Source: Thermoproteota archaeon
Lineage (GTDB): Archaea > Asgardarchaeota > Njordarchaeia > Njordarchaeales > Panguiarchaeaceae
Direction of reading: 5' to 3'
Length of the DNA: 32,000 bases
NCBI GenBank assembly: GCA_024720975.1
Contig: JANJXX010000007.1
Coordinates: 3,816 to 35,815, forward strand
Shown one piece after another: positions 9,067 through 17,661 of the stretch. The notes beneath the pieces were generated by a model that saw only the letters and a list, made by a program, of their open reading frames with translations, made no database searches and was not told the origin of the DNA. How positions within the stretch are numbered: position 1 is the first letter of the stretch; each line of letters begins with the position of its first letter. The position numbers and the translations under genes were made by a program.

Positions 9067-9414
9067 ATGTCAATAACCAAAGAACGAGAGATAAAAGAGC
9101 TCAAAGATGAAATCGAGCGGCAGATATCTATTGTTCAAAAGACGGGCAAGCTAAGATACGGACTGCGGAACGTCATAAGAGCCCTACAAAGGGGCGAAGC
9201 CAAAGCTATCGTCGTTGCTGAGAAAATTCCTATCGACATGAAAAACCTCATAAAATACTACGCAGCTCTAATGGGAGTACCAATTATAGAGTTCCCTGGA
9301 ACAAGTGCTGAGTTAGGAACAGCAGCAAAGAGACCTCATATAATTGCAGCAATTGCCGTGCTTGACTTAGGTGTTTCAAAACTATTAGAATATTCAAAAG
9401 AGATCAGTCTATAG
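9067..9414 (+). CDS. rpl30e: 50S ribosomal protein L30e (eL30)
   Basis: TGKLRYGLRNVIRALQRGEAKAIVVAEKIP...LIKYYAALMGVPIIEFPGTSAELGTAAKRPHIIAAIAVLDLG fits L30e rather than L7Ae. A NusA-like gene follows it. I preferred the ATG at 9067 over the GTG at 9040. Confidence 0.8.
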   Translation: MSITKEREIKELKDEIERQISIVQKTGKLRYGLRNVIRALQRGEAKAIVVAEKIPIDMKNLIKYYAALMGVPIIEFPGTSAELGTAAKRPHIIAAIAVLDLGVSKLLEYSKEISL

Positions 9415-9440
9415 TAATCTGGGTAGACCCCTAGTTTTAT

Positions 9441-9893
9441 ATGTTCCAAGAGCTGGGGGAAATCTCAATGGAATTAGAAGTAAACGATCCAAGACTAATC
9501 CAAATAACGACTTTCCTCGGCACGCTAGGTGTTATACCCCGTGATTTCTTCGAAACTGAGGATCGCCTATCAATTCTTCTTGATGAAGAATATTCAGATA
9601 GCCTACCAAAAATGAAAAGTGCATTAACATATCTCCGCAAAATTGCCCACAAAGACGTCGACATAATTTTATTCTCCAATGATCTGAATCGCTTTTGTAG
9701 CTACTTATTTCATCCCGCAAAAGTTAACAAGATAGAACTCAGAAAATCTAAGAAAGGGAGAATTTTAATAGTTCATGTAGACTTCTGGCAAAGAGGCATC
9801 GCACTAGGCAAGCGCTCATATAAGCTGCATCGGGCACGATACTTCATATCGAAGTATTTTCCCAGGATTGAAAACGTCTATATTCAAACCTAG
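9441..9893 (+). CDS. nusA: Archaeal NusA-like KH-domain protein
   Basis: A 150-aa ORF lies immediately after L30e, which is the conserved L30e-NusA order. It shows a two-KH-like pattern (...RILIVHVDFWQRGIALGKRSYKLHRARYFISKYF). The GXXG motifs are degenerate. Confidence 0.65.
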   Translation: MFQELGEISMELEVNDPRLIQITTFLGTLGVIPRDFFETEDRLSILLDEEYSDSLPKMKSALTYLRKIAHKDVDIILFSNDLNRFCSYLFHPAKVNKIELRKSKKGRILIVHVDFWQRGIALGKRSYKLHRARYFISKYFPRIENVYIQT

Positions 9894-11006
9894 GTGCAAT
9901 TTTTGAAAGTCAGAGTTGATGACAAGGAAATAGAAACTAGAGCAATTTTCTTAGAGGATCCCATAAATGGAATAGTGCGAATGATAGATCAAAGATTTCT
10001 CCCATGGAGACTTGTTTTCTACGATAGTGCGTCAGTCGAGGAAACATCCTATGCGATAAGAAACTTCATAGTAAGAGGGGCGCTCACAATTGGTGCTGCC
10101 GCTGCATTTGGTGCATATCAGGCAGTGCTCGAGGCGTCAAGAAACTCTACACAATTTTTGAGTGAGTTTATCAATCGCTTGGAACTCCTCAAAAACACTC
10201 GCCCGACGGCGTATAATCTTTTTCATGCGTTGAATTCTGTGTGCTCTTATGTTTCAGGTCTGGTAGAAGCCGGAGTTTCTATAAGGGATGTGGTAAAATC
10301 AGCCAGGGAATTTGCAATCAACTACGTGGAAAACGAGATTATAGAAAAAAACAAAAAAATCGGAGAGATTGGGGAGAAGGTTATAGAAAATGAATTTAAG
10401 GTCCTAACGCATTGTAACGCTGGTGCATTAGCTGCGGTAGACATAGGAACAGCCACTGCACCGATATATTATGCGCATAGAAGAGGAAAGAAGATTACCG
10501 TATACGTCAGCGAAACCCGCCCTTGGCTTCAAGGCGCACGATTAACTGCATGGGAGCTGTCTCAGGCTGGCATAGAGGTTTATGTAATCTCGGACAACGC
10601 TGTTGGATATTTAATGCAAACCGGTGAGATTGATGTAGTAATCGTTGGCGCTGATAGAATCTGCAAGAATGGAGACACCATAAACAAAATTGGTACATAT
10701 AAAATAGCCCTAGCTGCGCATGACAATGGAATACCTTTCTATGTGGCTGCACCATCGTCAACAATAGATCCAACTGCAAGTTCAGGTAGAGAAGTAGTTG
10801 TCGAGGAGCGCTCAGAGGATGAAATACACTTTGTGTTTGGCGAGCTAGAAAATGGAATGCTGGCACGAGTTAGAATAACTCCAATGGATGTTAGAGCCAA
10901 GAATCCCATATTTGACATTACACCTGCGCGTCTCATAACCGGTTTCATAACAGAATTTGGAATAATAGAGCCAGATAGTATAGGAGCTATTGCTCGTCAG
11001 AGCTAA
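9894..11006 (+). CDS. eIF-2B alpha/beta/delta family isomerase (methylthioribose-1-phosphate isomerase MtnA-like)
   Basis: The protein has MIDQRFLPW near the N-terminus, RGALTIGAAAAFG, THCNAGALA and VIVGADRICKNGDTINKIGTY. It uses a GTG start directly after the NusA stop. Confidence 0.8.
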   Translation: MQFLKVRVDDKEIETRAIFLEDPINGIVRMIDQRFLPWRLVFYDSASVEETSYAIRNFIVRGALTIGAAAAFGAYQAVLEASRNSTQFLSEFINRLELLKNTRPTAYNLFHALNSVCSYVSGLVEAGVSIRDVVKSAREFAINYVENEIIEKNKKIGEIGEKVIENEFKVLTHCNAGALAAVDIGTATAPIYYAHRRGKKITVYVSETRPWLQGARLTAWELSQAGIEVYVISDNAVGYLMQTGEIDVVIVGADRICKNGDTINKIGTYKIALAAHDNGIPFYVAAPSSTIDPTASSGREVVVEERSEDEIHFVFGELENGMLARVRITPMDVRAKNPIFDITPARLITGFITEFGIIEPDSIGAIARQS

Positions 11007-11824
11007 CCTCTATAGGATTGCAAAGTTCGCAGAAGATCCTCTTGTCTTCTTTCCAGTTCTGTTAGTGCTGTACGGTACTCAGATATCGCTGGCTTCAGGA
11101 TATCCAACGGTGGTGGTGAATTATTATTTCCTAGCCAGCTGTGTAGAATCTCGAGAGTGTGTCTGAGCATATCGAGCTTGAGAAGATTTTTCTGCATCAT
11201 GAAGTTAGCGATGATTACAACGTTCCTCAGGTAATTATCGTCTACTAAGATGCCATTCCTTGTACGAACTGGCAAATGCATTTTCTCGGTACTAGTAAGA
11301 TCCATATTAATAAATCCTGCTCTTGGATTTATTGATCTTATTCCCGAATCTTTCAAATTTAGGAGGCGTGCAGCTTTTAAGAAGAATTCCGCCCACTCCA
11401 TTGATGCTACAGAAAAAGCAATTATAAACGAGTCAAATTTGAGCCAGAGTATGTTCTTTGGTTCGTAGTTTTCTATCGAGGCTTTAACCTCCTCATAGTC
11501 CGCTAATTGATGCCAAATGCGGACTTTCTTGCTTTCGTACTTTGGACCAATCAGGGGTGCATCTATCAAGAGTATCCTGCCCGAGCAGGAGCTTGTAGTA
11601 AAGCAAAAGTACATGCTGTTAAGTAAGTTTAGATGAGGTATAATGTACTTGTCAACTTCACCTTTCTTGATGGCGTCATTAAGTTTTGCAAGCATATAAT
11701 TTTTCCTATTCAAGAAGTTCTTGTAGTTAAATCTCACGACGCTTTCTATTATTCGTCTCAATTCGATCACATATTCGTTGCTGATGATGTATCTATATTC
11801 ACTTGTTAAATCCAGGTTAGTCAT
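11003..11824 (-). CDS. taw3: tRNA wyosine-derivative methyltransferase Taw3 (TYW3 family)
   Basis: The signature FTTSSCSGRILLID matches the TYW3 TtSSCSGRI motif. At 273 aa it is longer than the roughly 200-aa enzymes I recall. Confidence 0.75.
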   Translation of the reverse strand: MTNLDLTSEYRYIISNEYVIELRRIIESVVRFNYKNFLNRKNYMLAKLNDAIKKGEVDKYIIPHLNLLNSMYFCFTTSSCSGRILLIDAPLIGPKYESKKVRIWHQLADYEEVKASIENYEPKNILWLKFDSFIIAFSVASMEWAEFFLKAARLLNLKDSGIRSINPRAGFINMDLTSTEKMHLPVRTRNGILVDDNYLRNVVIIANFMMQKNLLKLDMLRHTLEILHSWLGNNNSPPPLDILKPAISEYRTALTELERRQEDLLRTLQSYRG

Positions 11825-11837
11825 ATTTATTCAGGGG

Positions 11838-13076
11838 ATGAACGTGCGTGTTTATTCTGTCCTTCCACAGATCAGATACTCTATAATAAGAAGTATATCA
11901 GAGAAAGTGGCTGCAATTAATAAATCATTACCCCCGGAACAACAGGTAATTGATTTAACGATGGGCCAGAATATGATAGGTGATCCGACATGCATCTTTA
12001 GGAAAATAGCATTCCTGAGAGACACTAAAGTGCCGCCTTTTACCTATGCGCCATCACTAGGAACAATTTCCGCGAGGGAATCCGCGAGCAATTTTTATGA
12101 TCTATGGTTTAAGGTAAAGTTAGAGACAGACTGGATAATGATAACAGACGGAGGTATGGGTGCGCTCAGAAATGCCTTGTGTTCTGTCGTAAATGATGGT
12201 GACATTGTAGTTATCGACCCATTTACATTTACTTACCCGCTTGATACACTCAGAGTTTTCGGTCGAAAATTTAGGGTTGAGGTATTGAATTCAAGTGAGG
12301 ACTTACATTTTGTTCCATCAGCCGATACTGTAATAGAATCTCTGGGTTCTCTTTCACAAAGGAATTCAGATAAAATGATTATCTATTATACCCAACTTGG
12401 CTTCAATCCGCAAGGTGCCTTCAGACCGAGAAATGAACTGAAGAAAATTGTTGAGTTTGTGGATGACTCCAAAAATGTTGTACTCGTGAATGACATCGTA
12501 TATCATCTGATACGCTTTGATAAGTTTGAAATGCCCCTTACCTCGATTATGAGTAGTGAAGGAAGGAATATCTTTGATTGTGATGCCCTCAGTAAACCTT
12601 TCTCACTAATGGGATGTCGAGTTGGGGCTATGATTACCCGGGACAAAGAACTCTTCGAAGCGGCTGCTAAGATTCAGCAATACTCTATCGTATCTCCAAA
12701 CGTAATAGCATGTGAAATTTGGAATGTCGTTGGTAACCCCGAGAACTTCGTTGAGATAGAGAGAGCCGTAAAAGAGCTCAATCAAAAGTTAAGGGAGAAT
12801 TTCGAAATCACTAGAAAGACTCTGGAAAAATTGGGCTTGCATTCAATATCGCCTGGACAAGGTACACTGTATGTCTTCATAAGAACCCTAGAAGACTCAG
12901 AAAAATTTGTCTATAACCTGATCGAACGTGCCAAGGTTGCTCTAGTACCTGGTACGGCATTCGAGCTCACTCCAAAAAATGGACACAAGTATGCAAGAAT
13001 AACAATTTCAGTTCCAAGAGATTTGCTACAAAAAGCATTGGAGCGTATTGAATGTTATATAACCCAAGCAACTTAA
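11838..13076 (+). CDS. Class I/II pyridoxal-phosphate aminotransferase
   Basis: SKPFSLMGCRVG is the PLP-lysine motif (SKxFxxxGxRxG). The overall AAT-like length fits. I trimmed the start to the ATG at 11838 to avoid overlapping the divergent Taw3 start. Confidence 0.8.
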   Translation: MNVRVYSVLPQIRYSIIRSISEKVAAINKSLPPEQQVIDLTMGQNMIGDPTCIFRKIAFLRDTKVPPFTYAPSLGTISARESASNFYDLWFKVKLETDWIMITDGGMGALRNALCSVVNDGDIVVIDPFTFTYPLDTLRVFGRKFRVEVLNSSEDLHFVPSADTVIESLGSLSQRNSDKMIIYYTQLGFNPQGAFRPRNELKKIVEFVDDSKNVVLVNDIVYHLIRFDKFEMPLTSIMSSEGRNIFDCDALSKPFSLMGCRVGAMITRDKELFEAAAKIQQYSIVSPNVIACEIWNVVGNPENFVEIERAVKELNQKLRENFEITRKTLEKLGLHSISPGQGTLYVFIRTLEDSEKFVYNLIERAKVALVPGTAFELTPKNGHKYARITISVPRDLLQKALERIECYITQAT

Positions 13077-13146
13077 ACCTCAGTTTTTAAAATTAAGAGA
13101 TTTTGTTGTTATTTCATATAACCTCGAAGGTCAAAGGTGCGCTACT

Positions 13147-13503
13147 TTGCCCGGCGAAAAATTTTGGGGAACCACGTTTATTCTGGTTGCAATCTTAATC
13201 AGCTGCGTTTGGACAGTAGGACTTATAGGATTAGTCGCTGCCTGGTTCTATAAAATCAGCCTAGAAGAGCTGCTATTTAGTGGAACCAAAATCTGGATTA
13301 TACAGGTACCGCCTCTTATATGGCTCTTGTATCTTCCTATATGGGTTGCTGTAGTGTTAGTTGGACTCATCCTCGGCTGGGTTGGGGTTTCTCTAATAAA
13401 AACCCCACCCCTAGAAGAAGTAAATGTAGAAGAGCTGGAAAAAGAGATTGAGAAAGAGGCCGAGAAGTTAAAGTCGGAAGAACAGAAAACCAGCGGAAGC
13501 TGA
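13147..13503 (+). CDS. Small membrane protein (about 3 TM helices, acidic/Lys-rich tail)
   Basis: It has hydrophobic segments FILVAILISCVWTVGLIGLVAAWF, LIWLLYLPIWVAVVLVGLILGWVGV. The TTG start lies 8 nt after GGTG. Confidence 0.5.
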   Translation: MPGEKFWGTTFILVAILISCVWTVGLIGLVAAWFYKISLEELLFSGTKIWIIQVPPLIWLLYLPIWVAVVLVGLILGWVGVSLIKTPPLEEVNVEELEKEIEKEAEKLKSEEQKTSGS

Positions 13504-13515
13504 CGAAGTAAAAGA

Positions 13516-13521
13516 TTTTTT
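13516..13521 (+). terminator. Oligo-T tract
   Basis: A T6 run lies 13 nt after the stop of the membrane-protein ORF. Confidence 0.35.
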
Positions 13522-13526
13522 GTGTC

Positions 13527-13537
13527 TTTACATATTA
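13527..13537 (+). promoter_or_regulatory. TATA-like box for the C/D sRNA and downstream operon
   Basis: TTTACATATTA lies about 25-30 nt upstream of the inferred sRNA 5' end. Confidence 0.45.
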
Positions 13538-13557
13538 TCAAACATACTTCTTGTTTT

Positions 13558-13618
13558 TAGCGGCTGATGAGACGAACTCACTCTGAACTGCGGGATGATG
13601 GCTGGTATCGCTGATACG
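13558..13618 (+). ncRNA. C/D box sRNA
   Basis: It reads CTGATGA (C, 13564-13570), a 12-nt guide GACGAACTCACT, CTGA (D', 13583-13586), a 5-nt spacer, GGGATGA (C', 13592-13598), a 12-nt guide TGGCTGGTATCG, then CTGA (D, 13611-13614). Both guide spacings are the canonical 12 nt. Confidence 0.75.
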
Positions 13619-13620
13619 AA

Positions 13621-13866
13621 ATGAGAGCCGATGACGCGAGGCAAAAATTGACACAAATTGTGAGCAGTATAGGAGATCAAACCCTTCAAAAGAGAGCTAT
13701 TAAAGCGCTATCTGATTATCTAAAAACTCGAAACATCGTTGAGAAAAGAGTCTATCGAGCAAGGGTTATAACATTTTATGCAGAGTGGCTCAAAAAACAA
13801 AATGACGTGGACAGAAAGGAGAAAATTTCTCTACTCAAAAAATTGTTACATCTAGTTAGAAAATGA
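13621..13866 (+). CDS. Small hypothetical protein (81 aa)
   Basis: The ORF ends in an ATGA overlap with the downstream Trm5/Taw2-like gene, which suggests translational coupling. I recognised no family. Confidence 0.45.
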   Translation: MRADDARQKLTQIVSSIGDQTLQKRAIKALSDYLKTRNIVEKRVYRARVITFYAEWLKKQNDVDRKEKISLLKKLLHLVRK

Positions 13867-14696
13867 GGCTTAAGGAAAAAATCCTCCAGGAACTTCAAGG
13901 AAGAATTCCGGAGAAACTTCTCGATGGTATTCCCTCTAGGTATCCGATAATAGGCAATGCTTTAATCCTGCGACTTAAGGAACAACTAATGAAATACGGT
14001 GAAGAGATAGGCAATACTATTCTGAAGTTGCTACCAAACGTAAAAAGTGTTTGGGCAATCGAAACAACTAAGGGTATACTAAGGCAGCCAAGGGTTCGAT
14101 TTCTAGCGGGAGATAGGAATCCAGTAGTGTTTCACAAAGAGCTAAATACAATATTCAAAGTCGATATAGAGAGGCTTACATTTTCGCCGGGGAATAGGGA
14201 GGAACGAAAAAGATTACTTAAGATTGTAAGACCTTCTGAGGTCGTTGTTGATCTATTTGCCTGTGCTGGTAATTTATCGCTTCCGATTGCAGTCAACATT
14301 GATATAAAGAGGTTGTATGCAGTGGAAATAAATCCGTACGCTTTTCGTTTCCTGGTTGAAAATGTAGTGCTCAATAATGTGCAAAACAAAGTGGTTGCTA
14401 TCTTCGGTAATAACACAAAATTCATGATGAGGGATATAGGCGATCACGTATTTATGGGATTTCTTCCGGATCAAACACCCGAGCAATTGCTTGTTGCACT
14501 CAATGCTGTTAAAGATGGAGGATTGATTCATTATCACACGCTTGTAACCAAAGGTGAAGAACAAATAAAATCAGGCAAAATAATCGAGCGAATTTTGGGT
14601 CTGGGTTATAGACCATTACTGATAGAACAGCAAGTTGTTAAAAGTTACTCTCCATCAAAGAATCACGTTGTTTATAGAATCAGAATACAGAAATAG
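13863..14696 (+). CDS. Trm5/Taw2 (TYW2, Met-10+) family SAM-dependent tRNA position-37 modifying enzyme
   Basis: It has the SAM-binding VVVDLFACAGNLSLPIAV and the catalytic-loop-like EINPYAFRFLVENVVLNNV. Its 277-aa size is closer to Taw2 than to full-length Trm5b. Confidence 0.75.
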   Translation: MRLKEKILQELQGRIPEKLLDGIPSRYPIIGNALILRLKEQLMKYGEEIGNTILKLLPNVKSVWAIETTKGILRQPRVRFLAGDRNPVVFHKELNTIFKVDIERLTFSPGNREERKRLLKIVRPSEVVVDLFACAGNLSLPIAVNIDIKRLYAVEINPYAFRFLVENVVLNNVQNKVVAIFGNNTKFMMRDIGDHVFMGFLPDQTPEQLLVALNAVKDGGLIHYHTLVTKGEEQIKSGKIIERILGLGYRPLLIEQQVVKSYSPSKNHVVYRIRIQK

Positions 14697-14715
14697 GCGC
14701 AATTGGTGAAAGGGG

Positions 14716-15765
14716 ATGCCAACAGCGCTTGACAAGCTATTACCAAGCGAGTATCCATGGGAAAAAGAAACTCTCGTCAGAAAGGTTCTTAAGGTTGAAA
14801 CGAATCCTGACTGGGGCTGCGATCCCAGGAAGCGAAAGATTCAAGACCTGCTTTACTTCGGTCTAATCATTTTGGATAAACCCCCCAATATAACAAGTCA
14901 TGAAGCCGCAGCTTGGGTATCTAAAATACTTGGAGTAGAGCCTGTCGGTCATGGTGGAACGCTTGATCCAAAAGTATCTGGTGTGCTCCCTCTAGCTCTC
15001 GGTAAGGCAACGCCTTTAGCCACTTACTGGTTAAAGTCTGACAAGGAGTATATTTGTGTCATGCGATTGCATAGAGAAGTTCCAGAGGAAGATATACTTA
15101 GAATTCTCAGGGAGTTCACTGGAGAAATTTATCAAAGACCCCCTATTAGGAGTGCTGTCAAACGTAGAACTCGAATACGGAAGATATATGATATTGAGTT
15201 TTTGGAGAGGGATAATCGCGATGTCCTGCTTAGAATAAAGTGCCAAGCTGGAACCTATATACGTAAGCTTTGTGTTGACATCGGAGATGCGTTAGGCGTT
15301 GGGGCGCATATGATAGATCTTAGACGTATAAGATCGGGAGTGTTCTCTGAGGAATACTCAGTAATGATGCAAGAGATAATGGATGCCTACATATTGTGGA
15401 AAGAAACTGGAGATGATTCGGAATTAAGGAGGGTTATTCTACCCATAGAAGTAGGAGCTCTACATATGAAGAGGATAATTATAAGCGATAATACCGTAGG
15501 TGCGATAACGTATGGTGCACAGCTTTATGCACCAGGCGTGGTGGCTTTTGACTACGATATTAAGGCTGGAGATGCTGTAGCTCTATTTACATGTAAGGGA
15601 GAATTAGTTGCTATAGCAGAAGTTGAAGTTTCTGGAGAGGACCTGCTTAAAATGCGCTCAGGACAGGTGACTAGAAAAATGCGAGTAATTATGCCTCGAG
15701 GGATTTATCCCCCCTTCTGGAAAGGAAAGTTTAAGGATAGTAGCCAGACTGATTCAAAAACTTAG
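14716..15765 (+). CDS. cbf5: H/ACA RNP pseudouridine synthase Cbf5 (TruB family)
   Basis: It has KPPNITSHEAAAWVSKILGV..GHGGTLDPKVSGVLPLALGKAT with the catalytic Asp motif, YQRPP, and a C-terminal PUA-like domain. Confidence 0.9.
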   Translation: MPTALDKLLPSEYPWEKETLVRKVLKVETNPDWGCDPRKRKIQDLLYFGLIILDKPPNITSHEAAAWVSKILGVEPVGHGGTLDPKVSGVLPLALGKATPLATYWLKSDKEYICVMRLHREVPEEDILRILREFTGEIYQRPPIRSAVKRRTRIRKIYDIEFLERDNRDVLLRIKCQAGTYIRKLCVDIGDALGVGAHMIDLRRIRSGVFSEEYSVMMQEIMDAYILWKETGDDSELRRVILPIEVGALHMKRIIISDNTVGAITYGAQLYAPGVVAFDYDIKAGDAVALFTCKGELVAIAEVEVSGEDLLKMRSGQVTRKMRVIMPRGIYPPFWKGKFKDSSQTDSKT

Positions 15766-15769
15766 TGAG

Positions 15770-17242
15770 TCAATATTCAGAGAAGAAGAACTTAGACTCC
15801 AGGCCCAAGTCCTCCAGCATAATTCCTAGTCTCTTTAATTCTTCTCTTATCGTATCTGATAGATCATAAATCTTCCTCTTTCGAAGTTCTTTCCTAATCT
15901 CTATAATCAATCGAATGAGCTTCTCAGTGAGCTCTGAGCTTTTAGTTATGTAACCGGGTGGGACTATCTTGTTGATAGGTTTTTTCCTGATATTTTTTTC
16001 ATTAATTCTTTCGTCTAAGGATTGTTGTAGTATGCCCAGAATTCCACCGAGCTCTCTGAGCAGTTTAGTCAGGGTGAGTAATTCATTCTTTGACAGCGCA
16101 TCGGTTTTCTGGATTAGGTATTTAGCTATTTCTCTCAAGATTTTTATAGCCTCTACGAAGTTGAGATTATCGCACAATGCTTCCAGAAATTGTTGCTTCA
16201 TTTGCTTCGCGAAATCATCTACATTATTCCCACTTTGCTGCTCCTTAGCGTGCTCAGCTTTGTACTCAGCTAGGAAGATTGCTCGGTATAATTCATCCAG
16301 AATATCTTCTGCTTCTTCCATCTTCTCCCATGAAAACTCAAGTTGCTTTCGATAGTTTGCATTTAATAGGAAGAGACGTATGGTTTCGTTATCAAACTTT
16401 TCGAGAGCTTCTTTTATCGTTACAAAATTTTTCAGACTTTTTGCCATTTTTTCGCCTCTGAATATCAGTAGTCCAACATGAAACCATATCTTAGCCAGTG
16501 GTTTTTCATTAAGTGCTTCAGATTGGGCTATTTCATTCTCATGATGAGGGAAAATAAGATCCTCCCCGCCTCCATGAATCTCGATAGTCTCTCCTAAATG
16601 CTTAAGAGCCATAGCACTGCACTCTATGTGCCAGCCGGGGCGACCAGGTCCCCACGGGCTTGGCCAGCTTGGTTCGTTTGGCTTTGCTTTTTTCCACAGG
16701 GCGAAGTCGAGAGGATCTTCCTTAAATTCACTGGGCTCCACTCGTGCTCCAGCACGCATTTCATCTATATTTCTCTTCGATAATTTTCCGTAATCCTTAA
16801 ATCTACGCACCCTAAAGTAAACTCCATCCTGAGCATCGTAAGCATAGCCTTTTTCAATCAACTTCTTTATGAACTCTATGATCTCAGGAATATGAGCTGT
16901 GGCTCTGGGCTCTATGTTAGGTGCAAGAATTTTGAGTGCCTTTGTGTAATCATAAAACTCGCGGTAGTATTTGTCGGCAACCTCGAATGGAGAAACGTTT
17001 TCTTCTTTTGCTTTGTTGATTATTTTGTCATCTATGTCTGTAACATTGCGTGCGTAGATGACTTTATATCCAAGGTACGCTAGAAGGCGTACTAGTACAT
17101 CAAAGACCACGTAAGCACGAGCGTGTCCTAAGTGCGGATGGTCATAGACTGTGGGACCACAGAAGTAGGCTCTAACGGTGTCGGAATCAAGAGTGACATA
17201 CTTCCCAGATAAGGTATCATATAATCTGACTTTTAGTGACAT
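15770..17242 (-). CDS. cysS: Cysteinyl-tRNA synthetase
   Basis: It has FCGPTVYDHPHLGHARAY (HIGH), WPSPWGPGRPGWHIECS and KMAKSLKNF (KMSKS). Confidence 0.92.
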   Translation of the reverse strand: MSLKVRLYDTLSGKYVTLDSDTVRAYFCGPTVYDHPHLGHARAYVVFDVLVRLLAYLGYKVIYARNVTDIDDKIINKAKEENVSPFEVADKYYREFYDYTKALKILAPNIEPRATAHIPEIIEFIKKLIEKGYAYDAQDGVYFRVRRFKDYGKLSKRNIDEMRAGARVEPSEFKEDPLDFALWKKAKPNEPSWPSPWGPGRPGWHIECSAMALKHLGETIEIHGGGEDLIFPHHENEIAQSEALNEKPLAKIWFHVGLLIFRGEKMAKSLKNFVTIKEALEKFDNETIRLFLLNANYRKQLEFSWEKMEEAEDILDELYRAIFLAEYKAEHAKEQQSGNNVDDFAKQMKQQFLEALCDNLNFVEAIKILREIAKYLIQKTDALSKNELLTLTKLLRELGGILGILQQSLDERINEKNIRKKPINKIVPPGYITKSSELTEKLIRLIIEIRKELRKRKIYDLSDTIREELKRLGIMLEDLGLESKFFFSEY

Positions 17243-17317
17243 TCCAAAGCCATCACCAAACGGATGGACTAGACTAACTAGTTAATAATCCTCTTAGTTT
17301 TAGCCATTGTATTTTAA

Positions 17318-17326
17318 TTTATAAAA
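17318..17326 (+). promoter_or_regulatory. TATA-like box upstream of tRNA-Val
   Basis: TTTATAAAA lies about 30-38 nt upstream of the tRNA 5' end. Confidence 0.4.
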
Positions 17327-17355
17327 AAGTAAAGATGAAAGTGATATAGAACAAA

Positions 17356-17441
17356 GGGCCGGTTGCCTAGAGGTTATGGCGTCCCGCTTACGAGGTTCCT
17401 GAGAAACGGGAAGGTCGGCGGTTCGAGTCCGCCCCGGCCCA
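17356..17441 (+). tRNA. tRNA-Val (anticodon UAC) with 13-nt canonical intron (37/38)
   Basis: The cloverleaf is GGGCCGG..CCGGCCC-A, with anticodon stem TCCCG/CGGGA and loop CTTACG[intron 17393-17405]A. The BHB has a central helix 17387-17390 with 17400-17403 (C-G, U-A, U.G, A-U) and 3-nt bulges CGA and AAA. Confidence 0.85.
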
Positions 17442-17470
17442 TATGTGTACTCTTAATCTCGCAGCACAAG

Positions 17471-17478
17471 TTTATAAA
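17471..17478 (+). promoter_or_regulatory. TATA-like box downstream of tRNA-Val
   Basis: TTTATAAA lies about 185 nt upstream of the GTPase ATG. This implies a long leader or an unannotated transcript. Confidence 0.3.
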
Positions 17479-17661
17479 GATCATCTTCTACATGTTCGTG
17501 CCTTCTAGTTTTAGGAGCCATTTTCCAAGATTTCATCAGTAGTGCATTCGGGATTTTTCGTCAGTTAGTTGCTACCGTCCTAATTATGTCTGGGAATTTT
17601 TGGCTTATTTAATCTGTTTCCTACTTTATCATGATAAGAGTAGTGCGATTCGGGAGTTCAG

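Noticed and set aside
17442-17661. Possible integrated element using tRNA-Val as an attachment site, with 17.6-22.0 kb as an island bounded by tRNAs
   Set aside because: By eye I found no direct repeat of the tRNA-Val 3' half, or of any other tRNA 3' half, elsewhere in the window. I found no integrase gene. The genes between the tRNAs are not clearly mobile-element-like.
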